Of a stretch of DNA of 64,000 bases, positions 9,139 through 18,331 are shown one piece after another. The translations under genes were made by a program, and so were the position numbers. Under the pieces are notes generated by a model, which was not told the origin of the DNA, made no database searches, and saw nothing but the letters and a program-made list of their open reading frames with translations. Every line of letters begins with the position of its first letter. Positions within the stretch are counted from its first letter, which is position 1. Source of the stretch: a virus; the IMG/VR virus record IMGVR_UViG_3300004481_000333, positions 1 to 64,000 of that record. One strand, given 5' to 3'.

Positions 9139-9614
9139 TCCACTCTGAGCTTGTCGATCGCGCCGTCTGGTGGCTTCGGGGAACCCGTAGGTGCCCGGTT
9201 GTTATGCGCGAGTGCGGAGCAACCTGCGGAAACGAGATCCCGGACGCCATCGGGTGGACTTCCCGGGGAGTTTCGATCGTGGTGGAGTGCAAGTCCAGCG
9301 TGCAGGATTGCTACGCGGATAGGTTGAAGCCATGTGAGCGGTCCGGATCACGCTGCGGAGAATTTAGGTACGTCATGACGGATTGCCCCGGCATCACATT
9401 GGATCGCCTGATTCCTGGGTGGGGTCTACTCAGAGTTGGCGCTCGTATCCGCAGAGAACGCGAGTCGGACATGTTCCAGCGTTCCCATCTGTCCGAGATC
9501 CGGCTATTGGTGGCAGAGATGCGCCGGTGCGTGAGACCCGGAAAGCCTGGTGGAAATGGTCTGATAGACCCGTCGGCTCTGTTCGACGACGAGGAAGAGA
9601 AGGATCGCGAATGA
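9135..9614 (+). CDS. PD-(D/E)XK nuclease-like protein (MmcB-like)
   Basis: EIPDAIGW...IVVECKSSVQD..AD..KP. Confidence 0.75.
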   Translation: MIHSELVDRAVWWLRGTRRCPVVMRECGATCGNEIPDAIGWTSRGVSIVVECKSSVQDCYADRLKPCERSGSRCGEFRYVMTDCPGITLDRLIPGWGLLRVGARIRRERESDMFQRSHLSEIRLLVAEMRRCVRPGKPGGNGLIDPSALFDDEEEKDRE

Positions 9615-10072
9615 GCTGCTCAACCTGTGATCACGTGCGACGAACAGAACCTTTGGGTCTTCATTTGACTTGCGCACGTTTCGGAGTCCCAGTGTTCGGA
9701 TACGACGATTGTCCTAGCGACACATCAAACCAACAGGAGTCCAACATGGCAACACGAAAGCAAGAGACCGATACCAATGCGCTTCTTCCATCAATACCCA
9801 TACCGACGCTATCGATGCCGATCGACGCGACCGAACCACAGCCCACCAAGCAGCGTCGCAAGCGATCCGACGCGGGGCAACCGCGCACAGAACGACGGAT
9901 CCAGAAAGGCTTGTTGGACCCACTTGAAATTGCCGTCAGGGAGCTGCCCAAGGCAATCGAACAGCTGAAGGCTTACGAGGCCATCAAGCGCAGGGTCGAT
10001 ATGTACACCACCACGATCCGGATGTTCGGTTCTGCGGAGCAGAAGAACCAATTCGATCTGGGGGAGTCGTGA
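9611..10072 (+). CDS. hypothetical protein
   Basis: N-terminal CxxC; internal AGGAG-ATG at 9746 is an alternative start; RRKRSDAG motif. Confidence 0.55.
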   Translation: MSCSTCDHVRRTEPLGLHLTCARFGVPVFGYDDCPSDTSNQQESNMATRKQETDTNALLPSIPIPTLSMPIDATEPQPTKQRRKRSDAGQPRTERRIQKGLLDPLEIAVRELPKAIEQLKAYEAIKRRVDMYTTTIRMFGSAEQKNQFDLGES

Positions 10073-10332
10073 AAGTCTACATCACGAAGTACGCGTTGAC
10101 GTCGGGAATTGTCGAAGAGGAAGCAGAAGTACCTGAAAACCCGGATCAGTATGCTGCGGGAAGGATATTCGTGCACCACAGGGCACTGACGCTAGGCCAC
10201 AGCGCTTTCGCTTCTCGCGAGGAAGCCGAAGCGATGGCACGAAGGATGGCGGTCAAGAAGATCGCGTCATTGACGAAGCAACTGTTCCGCCTGGATGCAC
10301 TCGCCAAGACGCCCAAGTGGGCTGACAAATGA
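10069..10332 (+). CDS. conserved phage hypothetical protein
   Basis: KVYITKYALT.GI...KKIASL.KQL pattern. Confidence 0.7.
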   Translation: MKVYITKYALTSGIVEEEAEVPENPDQYAAGRIFVHHRALTLGHSAFASREEAEAMARRMAVKKIASLTKQLFRLDALAKTPKWADK

Positions 10333-10568
10333 TACGCGACACCCGTTCCCCCCAAGAAGTGCACGTCGGTCCCGGCTGGCGTGCACACGTTGACCAGCGC
10401 GTCGACCGACCTGGTGAGCACGCTATTCTGGGGGTGGACGGTCAGTACCGTGGCGAGACGTTCAAGCTCGCCGTCACGTGCATCCTGTGCCACGGATGCG
10501 CACCACGTGGCGCCATCATAGCCGCGTTGGAAGCCGCGCTTGAGGCGGCGAGGACTGGTGCACCATGA
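10329..10568 (+). CDS. hypothetical protein
   Basis: coupled ORF. Confidence 0.55.
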   Translation: MIRDTRSPQEVHVGPGWRAHVDQRVDRPGEHAILGVDGQYRGETFKLAVTCILCHGCAPRGAIIAALEAALEAARTGAP

Positions 10569-10996
10569 CGGACTTGACTGCTCGACAGCGAGAGGTTTTC
10601 GACTTTCTCGTGGCGTACCAGAAGCGCAACGGGATTCCTCCAACATTGCGTGAGATGTGTAAGAACCTTGGGTTCAGTTCTCTCAATGCGGGGTTGGCCC
10701 ATCTGGAAGCTCTCGAACGCAAAGGATACCTGAACCGCACCAAGATGATCAGTCGAGGCATCAGGTTGACTCCGAAACCCATTGAGGGTTCGATGCGGCA
10801 ACGGGCCGAGCACGCTTTCGATGAGATGTTCGGAAAAGCATACGTGCAGTTCCGGTGGACTGATTCGGACGGACAGGAAGTAGAAAACTGCGTCCACAGC
10901 TCGGCACTACGGACGAGTGTGGTGAACCTAATGGTCGAGTTCGCTGAGAAGGAAGGAGTTCCGGATGATCAAGATCACGTCCCTGAAACCAGGTGA
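10565..10996 (+). CDS. LexA-type DNA-binding domain protein lacking the S24 peptidase domain
   Basis: LTARQREVFDFL....NGIPPTLREMC..LGFSS.NA...HLEALERKGYL...SRGI; no Ala-Gly site or Ser-Lys dyad recognisable. Confidence 0.85.
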   Translation: MTDLTARQREVFDFLVAYQKRNGIPPTLREMCKNLGFSSLNAGLAHLEALERKGYLNRTKMISRGIRLTPKPIEGSMRQRAEHAFDEMFGKAYVQFRWTDSDGQEVENCVHSSALRTSVVNLMVEFAEKEGVPDDQDHVPETR

Positions 10997-11282
10997 TGTC
11001 GTGTATGACTGCCACCGGCAGAAGATAGGCAACACCACAGCGTCCGAGCTTGGTGTCTGGACGGTCAAGATCCTGGATGTCGACATCGAGAGGTCTATCG
11101 TGCGTTTTTCGTGGAACGGAAACTCACCAGACGTGTACCATGGTAAGAAATTCTCTTGGCGGCGTTGGCCTCCTGAATGGATTCCGAAGGTGTTCGGAAC
11201 CACCAAGTGCGCCATCTGTTATAGGAGCATGGAGGAAGGACACCACCCGGACTGCATTCACCCCAAGGCGATGAAGCGATGA
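10965..11282 (+). CDS. hypothetical protein
   Basis: LKPGDVVYD; C-terminal CxxC..H..C. Confidence 0.6.
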   Translation: MIKITSLKPGDVVYDCHRQKIGNTTASELGVWTVKILDVDIERSIVRFSWNGNSPDVYHGKKFSWRRWPPEWIPKVFGTTKCAICYRSMEEGHHPDCIHPKAMKR

Positions 11283-11575
11283 ACCACAGAGGACTCAATC
11301 CTCACGCACGCCATCCGACGGGACTCCGGGAGTGCCCGGAACGAATTCTGGAAGCGGCGCGTCGGGACCCGGAGGACCGCGTGCTTGCCATCGCGGCCCG
11401 GTGCATCCAGTGCATTCCATCGGCGGAAGGCGTCCGGTCGTGCGAGCGCCGCAGCTGTGCTCTGTGGCGCCTGCGTCCGTACCGCCTTGACGCCCCGCCC
11501 AGGTCCGCCCCGCATCTCGAGCGGCCAGAGCCAACCTACGAGAAGGAACCGGAAACAGAACTGGAGGAAGCATGA
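11279..11575 (+). CDS. small Cys-rich hypothetical protein
   Basis: AIAARCIQC...VRSC...SCALW.LRPY. Confidence 0.6.
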   Translation: MNHRGLNPHARHPTGLRECPERILEAARRDPEDRVLAIAARCIQCIPSAEGVRSCERRSCALWRLRPYRLDAPPRSAPHLERPEPTYEKEPETELEEA

Positions 11576-11846
11576 GCGAGATCAAAGTTGAAGATCCAGG
11601 GGTTGTCCCGATAGACGCGAAAACAGAGTTCGAGATCAGTCTGTCAACTAGACAATTGTGGGACGCGGCGCTGATGTACATGGAGAAGCATCAGCTTGCT
11701 CCCGAGGGTACCTACGCTTTTGTTCTCACGTGGAGCCTGGATGCTTCTGGATGTAGATTGACCGCCAAGATGAGGAAGCACCAGTGATCAAGCTTCCTCT
11801 CACGCCAGTCGAGCGGGAACCGGAAACCGAACTGGAGGAAGCATGA
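11545..11846 (+). repeat. 31-bp direct repeat (11545-11575; 11816-11846)
   Basis: GGAACCGGAAAC(A/C)GAACTGGAGGAAGCATGA, 30/31 identical; includes SD and start codon. Confidence 0.9.
11572..11787 (+). CDS. hypothetical protein
   Basis: GGAGG SD, ATGA coupling. Confidence 0.6.
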   Translation: MSEIKVEDPGVVPIDAKTEFEISLSTRQLWDAALMYMEKHQLAPEGTYAFVLTWSLDASGCRLTAKMRKHQ

Positions 11847-12457
11847 TCATGGTTGCCGCCCTGTTCGTTTCTCGCAAGGGGCCATACTGGGGGCGTCCAG
11901 ACGTGGATCCTTGGGACGACGTGCGGGATGCTCGGCTCTACGCTGGACCATGGCCTGTGGTGGCACACCCTCCGTGCGAGCGATGGGGTCGCTACTGGAA
12001 CGGAGGTCCGAGCGCAAAGGTTCGACGTATCAAGGGAAACGATGGCGGTTGCTTCGCTGCTGCATTCGATTCCGTGCGGAAGTATGGTGGAGTAATAGAA
12101 CATCCGGAAGCGTCTTCGGCGTGGGAAGCATTCGGATTGCTGGCTCCGCCATTCGGAGGAGGGTGGGTGAATGCTGACTCCTGTGGTGGCTGGACTTGTT
12201 GCGTGGAGCAGGGTCACTACGGTCATCGAGCAAGAAAGAAAACATGGCTGTACGCATATGGGATACACCAATTGCCCAAGCTACTCTGGGGTGCATCACA
12301 AGCGTCGATTCGATTAGACGCAGGATACCACTCGTCCGAAGAGCGGCGCAGAGCAGTACGTACTGGAGCGGTGCAACGGATGTCCAAGAGAGAGAGCGCG
12401 CTTACTCCACCCGAATTCGCTGAGGTATTGCTCTCCATAGCAAGGATGTCGAGATGA
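11843..12457 (+). CDS. conserved phage protein, C5 cytosine methyltransferase-like
   Basis: VAALFV..GPY...DPWD..RDAR.YAGP.PVVAHPPC, GGVIEHP, GHRARKKTWLY, TPPEFA; PC catalytic-like motif. Confidence 0.55.
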   Translation: MIMVAALFVSRKGPYWGRPDVDPWDDVRDARLYAGPWPVVAHPPCERWGRYWNGGPSAKVRRIKGNDGGCFAAAFDSVRKYGGVIEHPEASSAWEAFGLLAPPFGGGWVNADSCGGWTCCVEQGHYGHRARKKTWLYAYGIHQLPKLLWGASQASIRLDAGYHSSEERRRAVRTGAVQRMSKRESALTPPEFAEVLLSIARMSR

Positions 12458-12666
12458 CCAAGCTACCACTCACTCCAGTCGAGCAAGAGGCGGTGGGCGT
12501 AATCAGTGGCGGACGGCTCGAGTCCCTGCACCGGGCCAACATGCGTGTGGTCCTGATGTGCCATGCGTGCAAGCACTGGCAACCCGGTCCACGGGAGTGC
12601 GAGTGCGCCATCTTGGTCCCAACCATGGGGATGCACTGGGGCTGTTGCGACGGAGTTCCGGCATGA
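12454..12666 (+). CDS. small Cys-rich protein
   Basis: CHACKHW...CEC...WGCCD. Confidence 0.55.
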   Translation: MTKLPLTPVEQEAVGVISGGRLESLHRANMRVVLMCHACKHWQPGPRECECAILVPTMGMHWGCCDGVPA

Positions 12667-13094
12667 GCAAGCCCAAGCCAAAACCCAAACCAGACTGCCG
12701 AACCTGTGGCGCCTGCTGCTGCCCGTGGCAAGACCAATCGGTCTTCTGCGATCTCGAGCAACGGGATGTTGCCCGTCTTCCCAAAGGCTTCGTCAATCGG
12801 CATGTCGTGACCGACTCGCCGTTCGAGAGCCTAGTGGTATTCTTCATTGACCAAGCTTCTCCCTACGCATCGATCGAGACCAAAGAGGTCGAGGTCAAAC
12901 GTGGACCCATGAAAGGCCTCCAAGTGATTCAGTGCGCGGCCCTGCGTGGGTCCCTGATGCATCAGGTCTCGTGCTCGGTCTACGCCAACCGGCCTAGCGT
13001 GTGCCGAAAGGCAGTCAAGCCTGGTGACAAGACGTGTCTTGCTGCGCGTCGGTTGGTCCAAGATGCGATCGATCGACTGGAGGCGGCTGAGTGA
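12663..13094 (+). CDS. YkgJ-family CxxCxxCC (Fe-S/Zn cluster) protein
   Basis: DCRTCGACCC...CAAL...CSVYANRPSVCR. Confidence 0.8.
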   Translation: MSKPKPKPKPDCRTCGACCCPWQDQSVFCDLEQRDVARLPKGFVNRHVVTDSPFESLVVFFIDQASPYASIETKEVEVKRGPMKGLQVIQCAALRGSLMHQVSCSVYANRPSVCRKAVKPGDKTCLAARRLVQDAIDRLEAAE

Positions 13095-13315
13095 TGCGCC
13101 TCACCCGGATGCCGCCATCCGATTCTCCACGGTGGGACTCAGCGCTGTCCGAGATCCGGAGCCAGATGTCTGGCCCCATGACGTCTCGCGAGCTCAAGCA
13201 GCTCGCGATCCTGACACGCTGCGGCTCAGCCACCAACGCCTTGGTGGTCGGAGAGATGAGGGGGATCTGGTGGTGGGACCGGGCGGGACGGCGGTGGGTT
13301 CCTGGAGTTGACTAA
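13094..13315 (+). CDS. hypothetical protein
   Basis: coupled ORF. Confidence 0.5.
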   Translation: MRLTRMPPSDSPRWDSALSEIRSQMSGPMTSRELKQLAILTRCGSATNALVVGEMRGIWWWDRAGRRWVPGVD

Positions 13316-13331
13316 GTGGATGATGTGATGT

Positions 13332-13553
13332 ATGGCTAAAAACATGCTCAGTCAGGAAGAGAAGCAACTACTGCGCGACAGGATGGCTGAACGGGCCGCA
13401 GGACACCGGTCTTGTCGCCTATCACCCCGGGACATCGTAGCGATTGGTAGAGCCTACGCGAACGGGGAGAGTCCAAGCACCATCGCACGTCGGTTCGAAG
13501 TGTCGACCCAAACGATTCACTACCACCTTCGGAAGCTATTGGAGAGCGAATAG
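13332..13553 (+). CDS. HTH DNA-binding protein
   Basis: GESPSTIARRFEVSTQTIHYHL. Confidence 0.75.
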   Translation: MAKNMLSQEEKQLLRDRMAERAAGHRSCRLSPRDIVAIGRAYANGESPSTIARRFEVSTQTIHYHLRKLLESE

Positions 13554-13573
13554 CTTCCAAAGGCGGGTACAAA

Positions 13574-14152
13574 GTGAGCCTATTCAGCTCGATCGACCGC
13601 AGGATCAACGCGGATTCTTGGTTTCGTGGGCTGTCCCATGAGGCACAATTGCTCTGGTTCCGCCTCCTGACCGGACCACATGTCACCCAGGTGGCGGGTC
13701 TCTGGTCGGCTACCGAGGAAGGCTTGGCCCGCGCGTTCGGGTTCTCGCTGGAACGGTTCCGGGAACGGTTCCGGGAACTGTCTAGGGAACCGTCTCGACG
13801 TGGTTTCCCAAGGGTGCTCTCAGACTGGTCCGCTGGGGTGGTCTGGATCCCCAACGCGTTGGACTTCCCGTGTAACCAACCGGCCAATGAGAATGTTCTA
13901 AAAGGGTGGATCCAGCATCTAGAACTCGTACCAGAGTGTGATCTAAAAAACCAAGCATTACGGCACTTTGGGCAGTGGGTAAAGTCTCAGGGAAACCGTT
14001 TCCCAAACGGTTTGCCGAACGGTTTCCCGAACGGTTCCGGGAACGGTATAGGGAACCGTTTCGACCTGGTTTCGCCTCAGGAACAGGATCAGGAACAGGA
14101 TCAGGAACAGGAACAGAACCAGGAACCAGGTTTGTTGGATGTATCTTTATGA
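13574..14152 (+). CDS. phage replication initiator-like protein
   Basis: ADSWFRGLSHEAQLLWFRLLTGPH N-terminus, QEQDQEQDQEQEQ linker, internal iterons, upstream of DnaB. Confidence 0.7.
   Translation: MSLFSSIDRRINADSWFRGLSHEAQLLWFRLLTGPHVTQVAGLWSATEEGLARAFGFSLERFRERFRELSREPSRRGFPRVLSDWSAGVVWIPNALDFPCNQPANENVLKGWIQHLELVPECDLKNQALRHFGQWVKSQGNRFPNGLPNGFPNGSGNGIGNRFDLVSPQEQDQEQDQEQEQNQEPGLLDVSL
13990..14063. repeat. iteron-like 12-bp repeats (candidate replication origin)
   Basis: tandem (G/A)AACGGTT-core units at 12-bp spacing; related GGAACGGTTCC copies at 13750-13772. Confidence 0.6.
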
Positions 14153-14718
14153 TTTCTCATTCTGAGCCAGATCGATCACCTGTAAGCGTAGGGATCACGC
14201 GCGACGAGCTGGTCGTCTGTCCGCCGGACCTCCGGCTCACTTCCGGGCAGGTCGTGGCTCTCGAGATTGCGGGGGTGCCAGAATGGGCGGCGGAACTTCT
14301 GCTTCGCGAGTGGGTCGTGATGGCGTGCGCGGAATCCGACCTTCGGCTGCTCACGACGTGGCGCAAGTGGGCCGCGAGGCATGTCTTGCTCACGTGGCGG
14401 GAACCCACCAGGCGGCCTCGGCGCCCTGAGGAGGCTCCGACGCCGGAGGATCGGGCTCGGCGCCGGGCGGAACTGCTGGCTGCGCACAAGCGTGCCGAAG
14501 ATGAATACCTGGCCTACGTGGCGGAGTGCGGCCGCCCAACGGCTGAGCAAGTCAGGTCTCTGGAGCTCGCCGGGGTCCTGATCCCGGGCGGCGCGGCGCG
14601 TGGCGGGGGTCAGGACGCGTCGGGGCCCGGTGGCGGCTACGGTACGACCCCCCCGACTCCGGACGCGCTACAGAGGCAGCTGGCGGCCCTGGCGGCCATC
14701 GACCAAGAGGGCACGTGA
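14149..14718 (+). CDS. hypothetical replication-associated protein
   Basis: ATGA-coupled between initiator and helicase. Confidence 0.55.
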   Translation: MISHSEPDRSPVSVGITRDELVVCPPDLRLTSGQVVALEIAGVPEWAAELLLREWVVMACAESDLRLLTTWRKWAARHVLLTWREPTRRPRRPEEAPTPEDRARRRAELLAAHKRAEDEYLAYVAECGRPTAEQVRSLELAGVLIPGGAARGGGQDASGPGGGYGTTPPTPDALQRQLAALAAIDQEGT

Positions 14719-16202
14719 TGGATACCACGGGCCGGGTACCCCCAAACTCTCTGGACGCCGAGGCCGTGCTGGTCAGCGCGTGTCTGCTGGTGCCGGGCCT
14801 GATCGACGAGGTCCAGGCGTTCTGCTCGCCGGTAGATTGCTACTCTGTGGCGAACCGCCTGATCCTGGAGGCGGCTTGGGATCTGCACTCGAAGAGCCGG
14901 CCAATTGACATGGTGTCTGTCGCGACTCACCTTCGGGACGCGGGTAAGCTCCAGCAGGTCGGAGGGTCGGCGTACCTGGCCCAGGTGGTTGACGCTACGC
15001 CGGCCGTCCACAACGCGGAGGAGCACGCACGGGAGGTCCGGGCCAAGTCCCGGCTGCGGCAGGTCATCCAGGTCTGCCAGCGCTACGCGGCCGAAGGGTA
15101 CGGATGCCCCGGTGACGTGCAGGACTTTATCGACCAAGTCGAGCGGGCCGTGTTCGACATCGCGCAGGCTGAGCAGCAGTCGGATCTGGTGGAGATCCGA
15201 GAGGTCGTGCGTGACTGCTATCGCGTCCTGTCCGAGGCCGCGGAGCGCGGGACCGCCATCACGGGCACGGCCGTTGGCATCACGGAGCTCGACCGCATGA
15301 CGTCGGGGGCGCACCCGGGAGACTTTTGGGTGATCGCTGGTCGACCCGGATCTGGAAAAACTTCTCTGGCCATCACGATGGCGCTCTCGATTGCGGCACC
15401 CCGAGCGTGTGGGTTGGCAAGCGAAGCTGATGCGAATGGGGACGCGACAGCTTACGAACTGGGCGGCGTCGTGCCGTACTTCAGCATGGAGATGCCGCGT
15501 GAGCAGATCGGAAACCGATTGCTGGCCGCAGAAGCGCGAGTTGATCTGTCGAGGATCCGTTCCGGTCACCTACGGCAAGACGACTGGTCGAAGCTGACCT
15601 GCGCCGTGACGCGCCTTGCTCGGATGCCAATCTGGATCGACGACACGCCGGCTCTCACTATGCTTGAGCTGCGGGCGAAGTGCCGGCGCCTGAAGGCGCG
15701 ATGTCAACGCGAAGGCAAGAAGCTTGCCGCCATCATGGTCGACTACCTGCTGCTCATGCAGGGTCTCAGAACGAAAGGGCAGTCGCGTGAGGAGGAGATC
15801 TCGGAACTGTCGCGCGGCATGAAGATCGTGGCAAAAGAACTGGCTGCACCCGTCCTTGCCCTCACGCAGCTCAACCGAGAATGCGAGAAGCGTCCTGACA
15901 AGCGACCGCAGCTGAGCGATATTCGCGAAAGCGGGAGCCTGGAACAGGACGCGGACAATGTCCTTTTCGTCTACCGAGACGAGATGTACCACAAAGAATC
16001 GGTGGACCACGGCTTGGCAGAGTTGATCTTGGCCAAGCAGCGGAACGGCCGAACCGGGATGGTCAAGGTGAAGTGGACCGACTTCTGCAGTCGCTTCGAC
16101 AACCTGCTGTCCACCTATTACGACGACTTCGATGCTGCCTCAACGGGCAGCACCGACGCGGACTACGGACTCGAACAACCGCCCCACTGGGCAGATAGGT
16201 AG
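14715..16202 (+). CDS. dnaB: replicative DNA helicase
   Basis: PPNSLDAE, AGRPGSGKT Walker A, FSMEM, MVDYL, LTQLNR, RPQLSDIRESGSLEQDAD, KQRNG. Confidence 0.97.
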   Translation: MMDTTGRVPPNSLDAEAVLVSACLLVPGLIDEVQAFCSPVDCYSVANRLILEAAWDLHSKSRPIDMVSVATHLRDAGKLQQVGGSAYLAQVVDATPAVHNAEEHAREVRAKSRLRQVIQVCQRYAAEGYGCPGDVQDFIDQVERAVFDIAQAEQQSDLVEIREVVRDCYRVLSEAAERGTAITGTAVGITELDRMTSGAHPGDFWVIAGRPGSGKTSLAITMALSIAAPRACGLASEADANGDATAYELGGVVPYFSMEMPREQIGNRLLAAEARVDLSRIRSGHLRQDDWSKLTCAVTRLARMPIWIDDTPALTMLELRAKCRRLKARCQREGKKLAAIMVDYLLLMQGLRTKGQSREEEISELSRGMKIVAKELAAPVLALTQLNRECEKRPDKRPQLSDIRESGSLEQDADNVLFVYRDEMYHKESVDHGLAELILAKQRNGRTGMVKVKWTDFCSRFDNLLSTYYDDFDAASTGSTDADYGLEQPPHWADR

Positions 16203-16260
16203 AGGAGAGAAACCATGACAGTCGACAAGTGTCCGTTTTGAACAAACCAAGGGAAGAGGA

Positions 16261-17211
16261 ATGGCAACAATCGACCAAGTATCAGCGCTGATCTCGGCCC
16301 ACTGCCGCAGGGATGAGGACAGATTTCGGAGCACTGTCCAACAGATTAGGTCCAGCCATGCGTCGCGCAAAGAATGGAGCGCTGCGAGTGCGATCGAGCG
16401 GGCCTATTCGTTTGATACCATGGACACACAGAATCCAGTGTCCGTGCCTCACGAAGTCCGGGGGATGCTGGCCCTTCGGGAACGACGAGTGGTAGCCAGC
16501 GACATGGTGCTGGACAGGGAACTTGAGAACCAGTTCACCCAGATCGTGACGGAGCACAAGGAGAAAGCAAAGCTGCGAGAGCACGACCTGGAACCCATGC
16601 GGAGGGTCCTTATGGCGGGTCCTCCTGGGACTGGCAAGACCATGGCGGCCAGCAGACTTGCTGGCGAGCTCGGACTACCGCTCTATTTCACCAACCTGCA
16701 CAGCATAATCGGAAGTCTGCTAGGAGAGACTGCGGGCAGACTTGGTAAACTGTTCGAGTGGATCCGAACCGCGCAAGCTGTAGTGTTGTTCGATGAGTGT
16801 GACACGCTTGGCAGCAAGAGAGAACCTGGGTCGAGTAACGCACAGGGGGAGATGAACCGCGTCATGGCCAGCCTGTTGACCTTTCTGGAAAGCGATGTTG
16901 GAGACTGCGTGGTACTTTGCGCGACAAACATGCCTGAGGCGCTGGACCCGGCATTCGTGCGGAGGTTCGACGCTTACCTCGAGTTCAGAATGCCGACTTA
17001 CGAACAAGGCTTCCGGCTTATTCACAAAACGTTGGAGAAATTCGATTTCGAGCCCATCACATACGAGCTACCTGAGTTGAGCCACCATGATCTGGTAGAG
17101 GCGGCGCGGTGGGCCGCGAAGAGGGCGTTGTTGGCAGGGATGCCGGTTCTCTCGGACCATCTAAAGGAGGGGTTGATGCGACGCGAGAGACTGGGACGGA
17201 GGGAGCCATGA
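16261..17211 (+). CDS. AAA+ ATPase
   Basis: GPPGTGKT, VVLFDECD, ATN..LDPAFVRRFD. Confidence 0.9.
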   Translation: MATIDQVSALISAHCRRDEDRFRSTVQQIRSSHASRKEWSAASAIERAYSFDTMDTQNPVSVPHEVRGMLALRERRVVASDMVLDRELENQFTQIVTEHKEKAKLREHDLEPMRRVLMAGPPGTGKTMAASRLAGELGLPLYFTNLHSIIGSLLGETAGRLGKLFEWIRTAQAVVLFDECDTLGSKREPGSSNAQGEMNRVMASLLTFLESDVGDCVVLCATNMPEALDPAFVRRFDAYLEFRMPTYEQGFRLIHKTLEKFDFEPITYELPELSHHDLVEAARWAAKRALLAGMPVLSDHLKEGLMRRERLGRREP

Positions 17212-17873
17212 AACACCGCCCCATGATCTTCAGCGGCCAGAACCCCCTGCTGGTCCGATCTGGAAAGAAGACCAGGACGAGCCGCATGATGAAGCCTCAG
17301 CCCGGCGGATGGGAGAAGCATTGGGAGTGGAAAGGCCACAATCTGTGCTCACCAGCTGGGAAGGAGTGGCTTCTGGCGCTGGCGCCCCACGGACAGCCCG
17401 GGGATCTCCTTTGGGTCAAGGAGGAGTTCCAGCTGATGGACCTGGAGGACGGCAAGCAATGGACCAAGTCAAGATACTTGAACGACGCACGTGGCGAGGT
17501 GGAGGTTCTGTACAGAGCGGGTTGCCTCGATTGCGATGACGAGCGAGTAGGCACATGGAAGCCAGCTTTCTTGATGCCCCGCTGGGCCAGCCGAACTCAG
17601 CTGGAGATCACGGACGTTGACGTCCAGTGCATTCAGGATATCACGGAAGAAGACTGCTTGGCTGAAGGAATCATCAGGACCAAGTTCCCGTTCAGCGACC
17701 CCGGCAACGATTTCTGTTACACGATGGGGCCTTGGACTGTTGACGCTGCTCGATGGAGCCACTCAGCAAAGGCGTGCTTTGAAAACGCCTGGGAGGCGAT
17801 GCACGGAAAGGGGTCGTGGAACAAGTCGTGCTGGGTCTGGGTCTACCGTTTCCGTCGCGTGGAGGGGCCATGA
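17208..17873 (+). CDS. ASCH/PUA-like phage protein
   Basis: RPMIFS...SGKKTRTSR, GQPGDLLWVKE, WKPAFLMPRWASR.LEITDV...IQDITEED.LAEG, WVWVYRF. Confidence 0.8.
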   Translation: MKHRPMIFSGQNPLLVRSGKKTRTSRMMKPQPGGWEKHWEWKGHNLCSPAGKEWLLALAPHGQPGDLLWVKEEFQLMDLEDGKQWTKSRYLNDARGEVEVLYRAGCLDCDDERVGTWKPAFLMPRWASRTQLEITDVDVQCIQDITEEDCLAEGIIRTKFPFSDPGNDFCYTMGPWTVDAARWSHSAKACFENAWEAMHGKGSWNKSCWVWVYRFRRVEGP

Positions 17874-18331
17874 TTGCGCTTTCGATTCGCCGCCCGTGGC
17901 CATGGGCGATCCTGCATCTGCCACGCGAGATCGCGAAGGACATCGAGAACCGCGACTGGCCCACCAGTTTTCGCGGCAAGTTCTTGGTCCACGCTTCCAA
18001 GGGATGCACCAAGTGGGACTACACGACCGGTGCGATCTGCATTGAAGACGCAATTGAACAGCTGGTTCCTATGGAGACGGAGACTTGTACAACGCTTCAG
18101 GGGCTTGGATTCCAAGAGTTGAAAGACATGCCCGCTGGCGCGATCGTCGGATGGGCCGAGATCACGGATTGCGTTGAGACGTCGAATTCACCGTGGTTCA
18201 GTGGACGATACGGATTCGTGCTGGGACGTCGGGGAGTGCTGCAGCCCATCCCGTGCAAGGGACAACTTGGGTTCTTCCGCGTGCCGGAGGACGTGGCTCA
18301 AGCGGTTAGAGAGCAGGCCATCCGTGGATGA
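17870..18331 (+). CDS. ASCH domain protein
   Basis: ALSIRRPWPWAI...KDIENRDW...RGKFLVHASK...GAIVG...CKGQLGFF. Confidence 0.9.
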   Translation: MIALSIRRPWPWAILHLPREIAKDIENRDWPTSFRGKFLVHASKGCTKWDYTTGAICIEDAIEQLVPMETETCTTLQGLGFQELKDMPAGAIVGWAEITDCVETSNSPWFSGRYGFVLGRRGVLQPIPCKGQLGFFRVPEDVAQAVREQAIRG

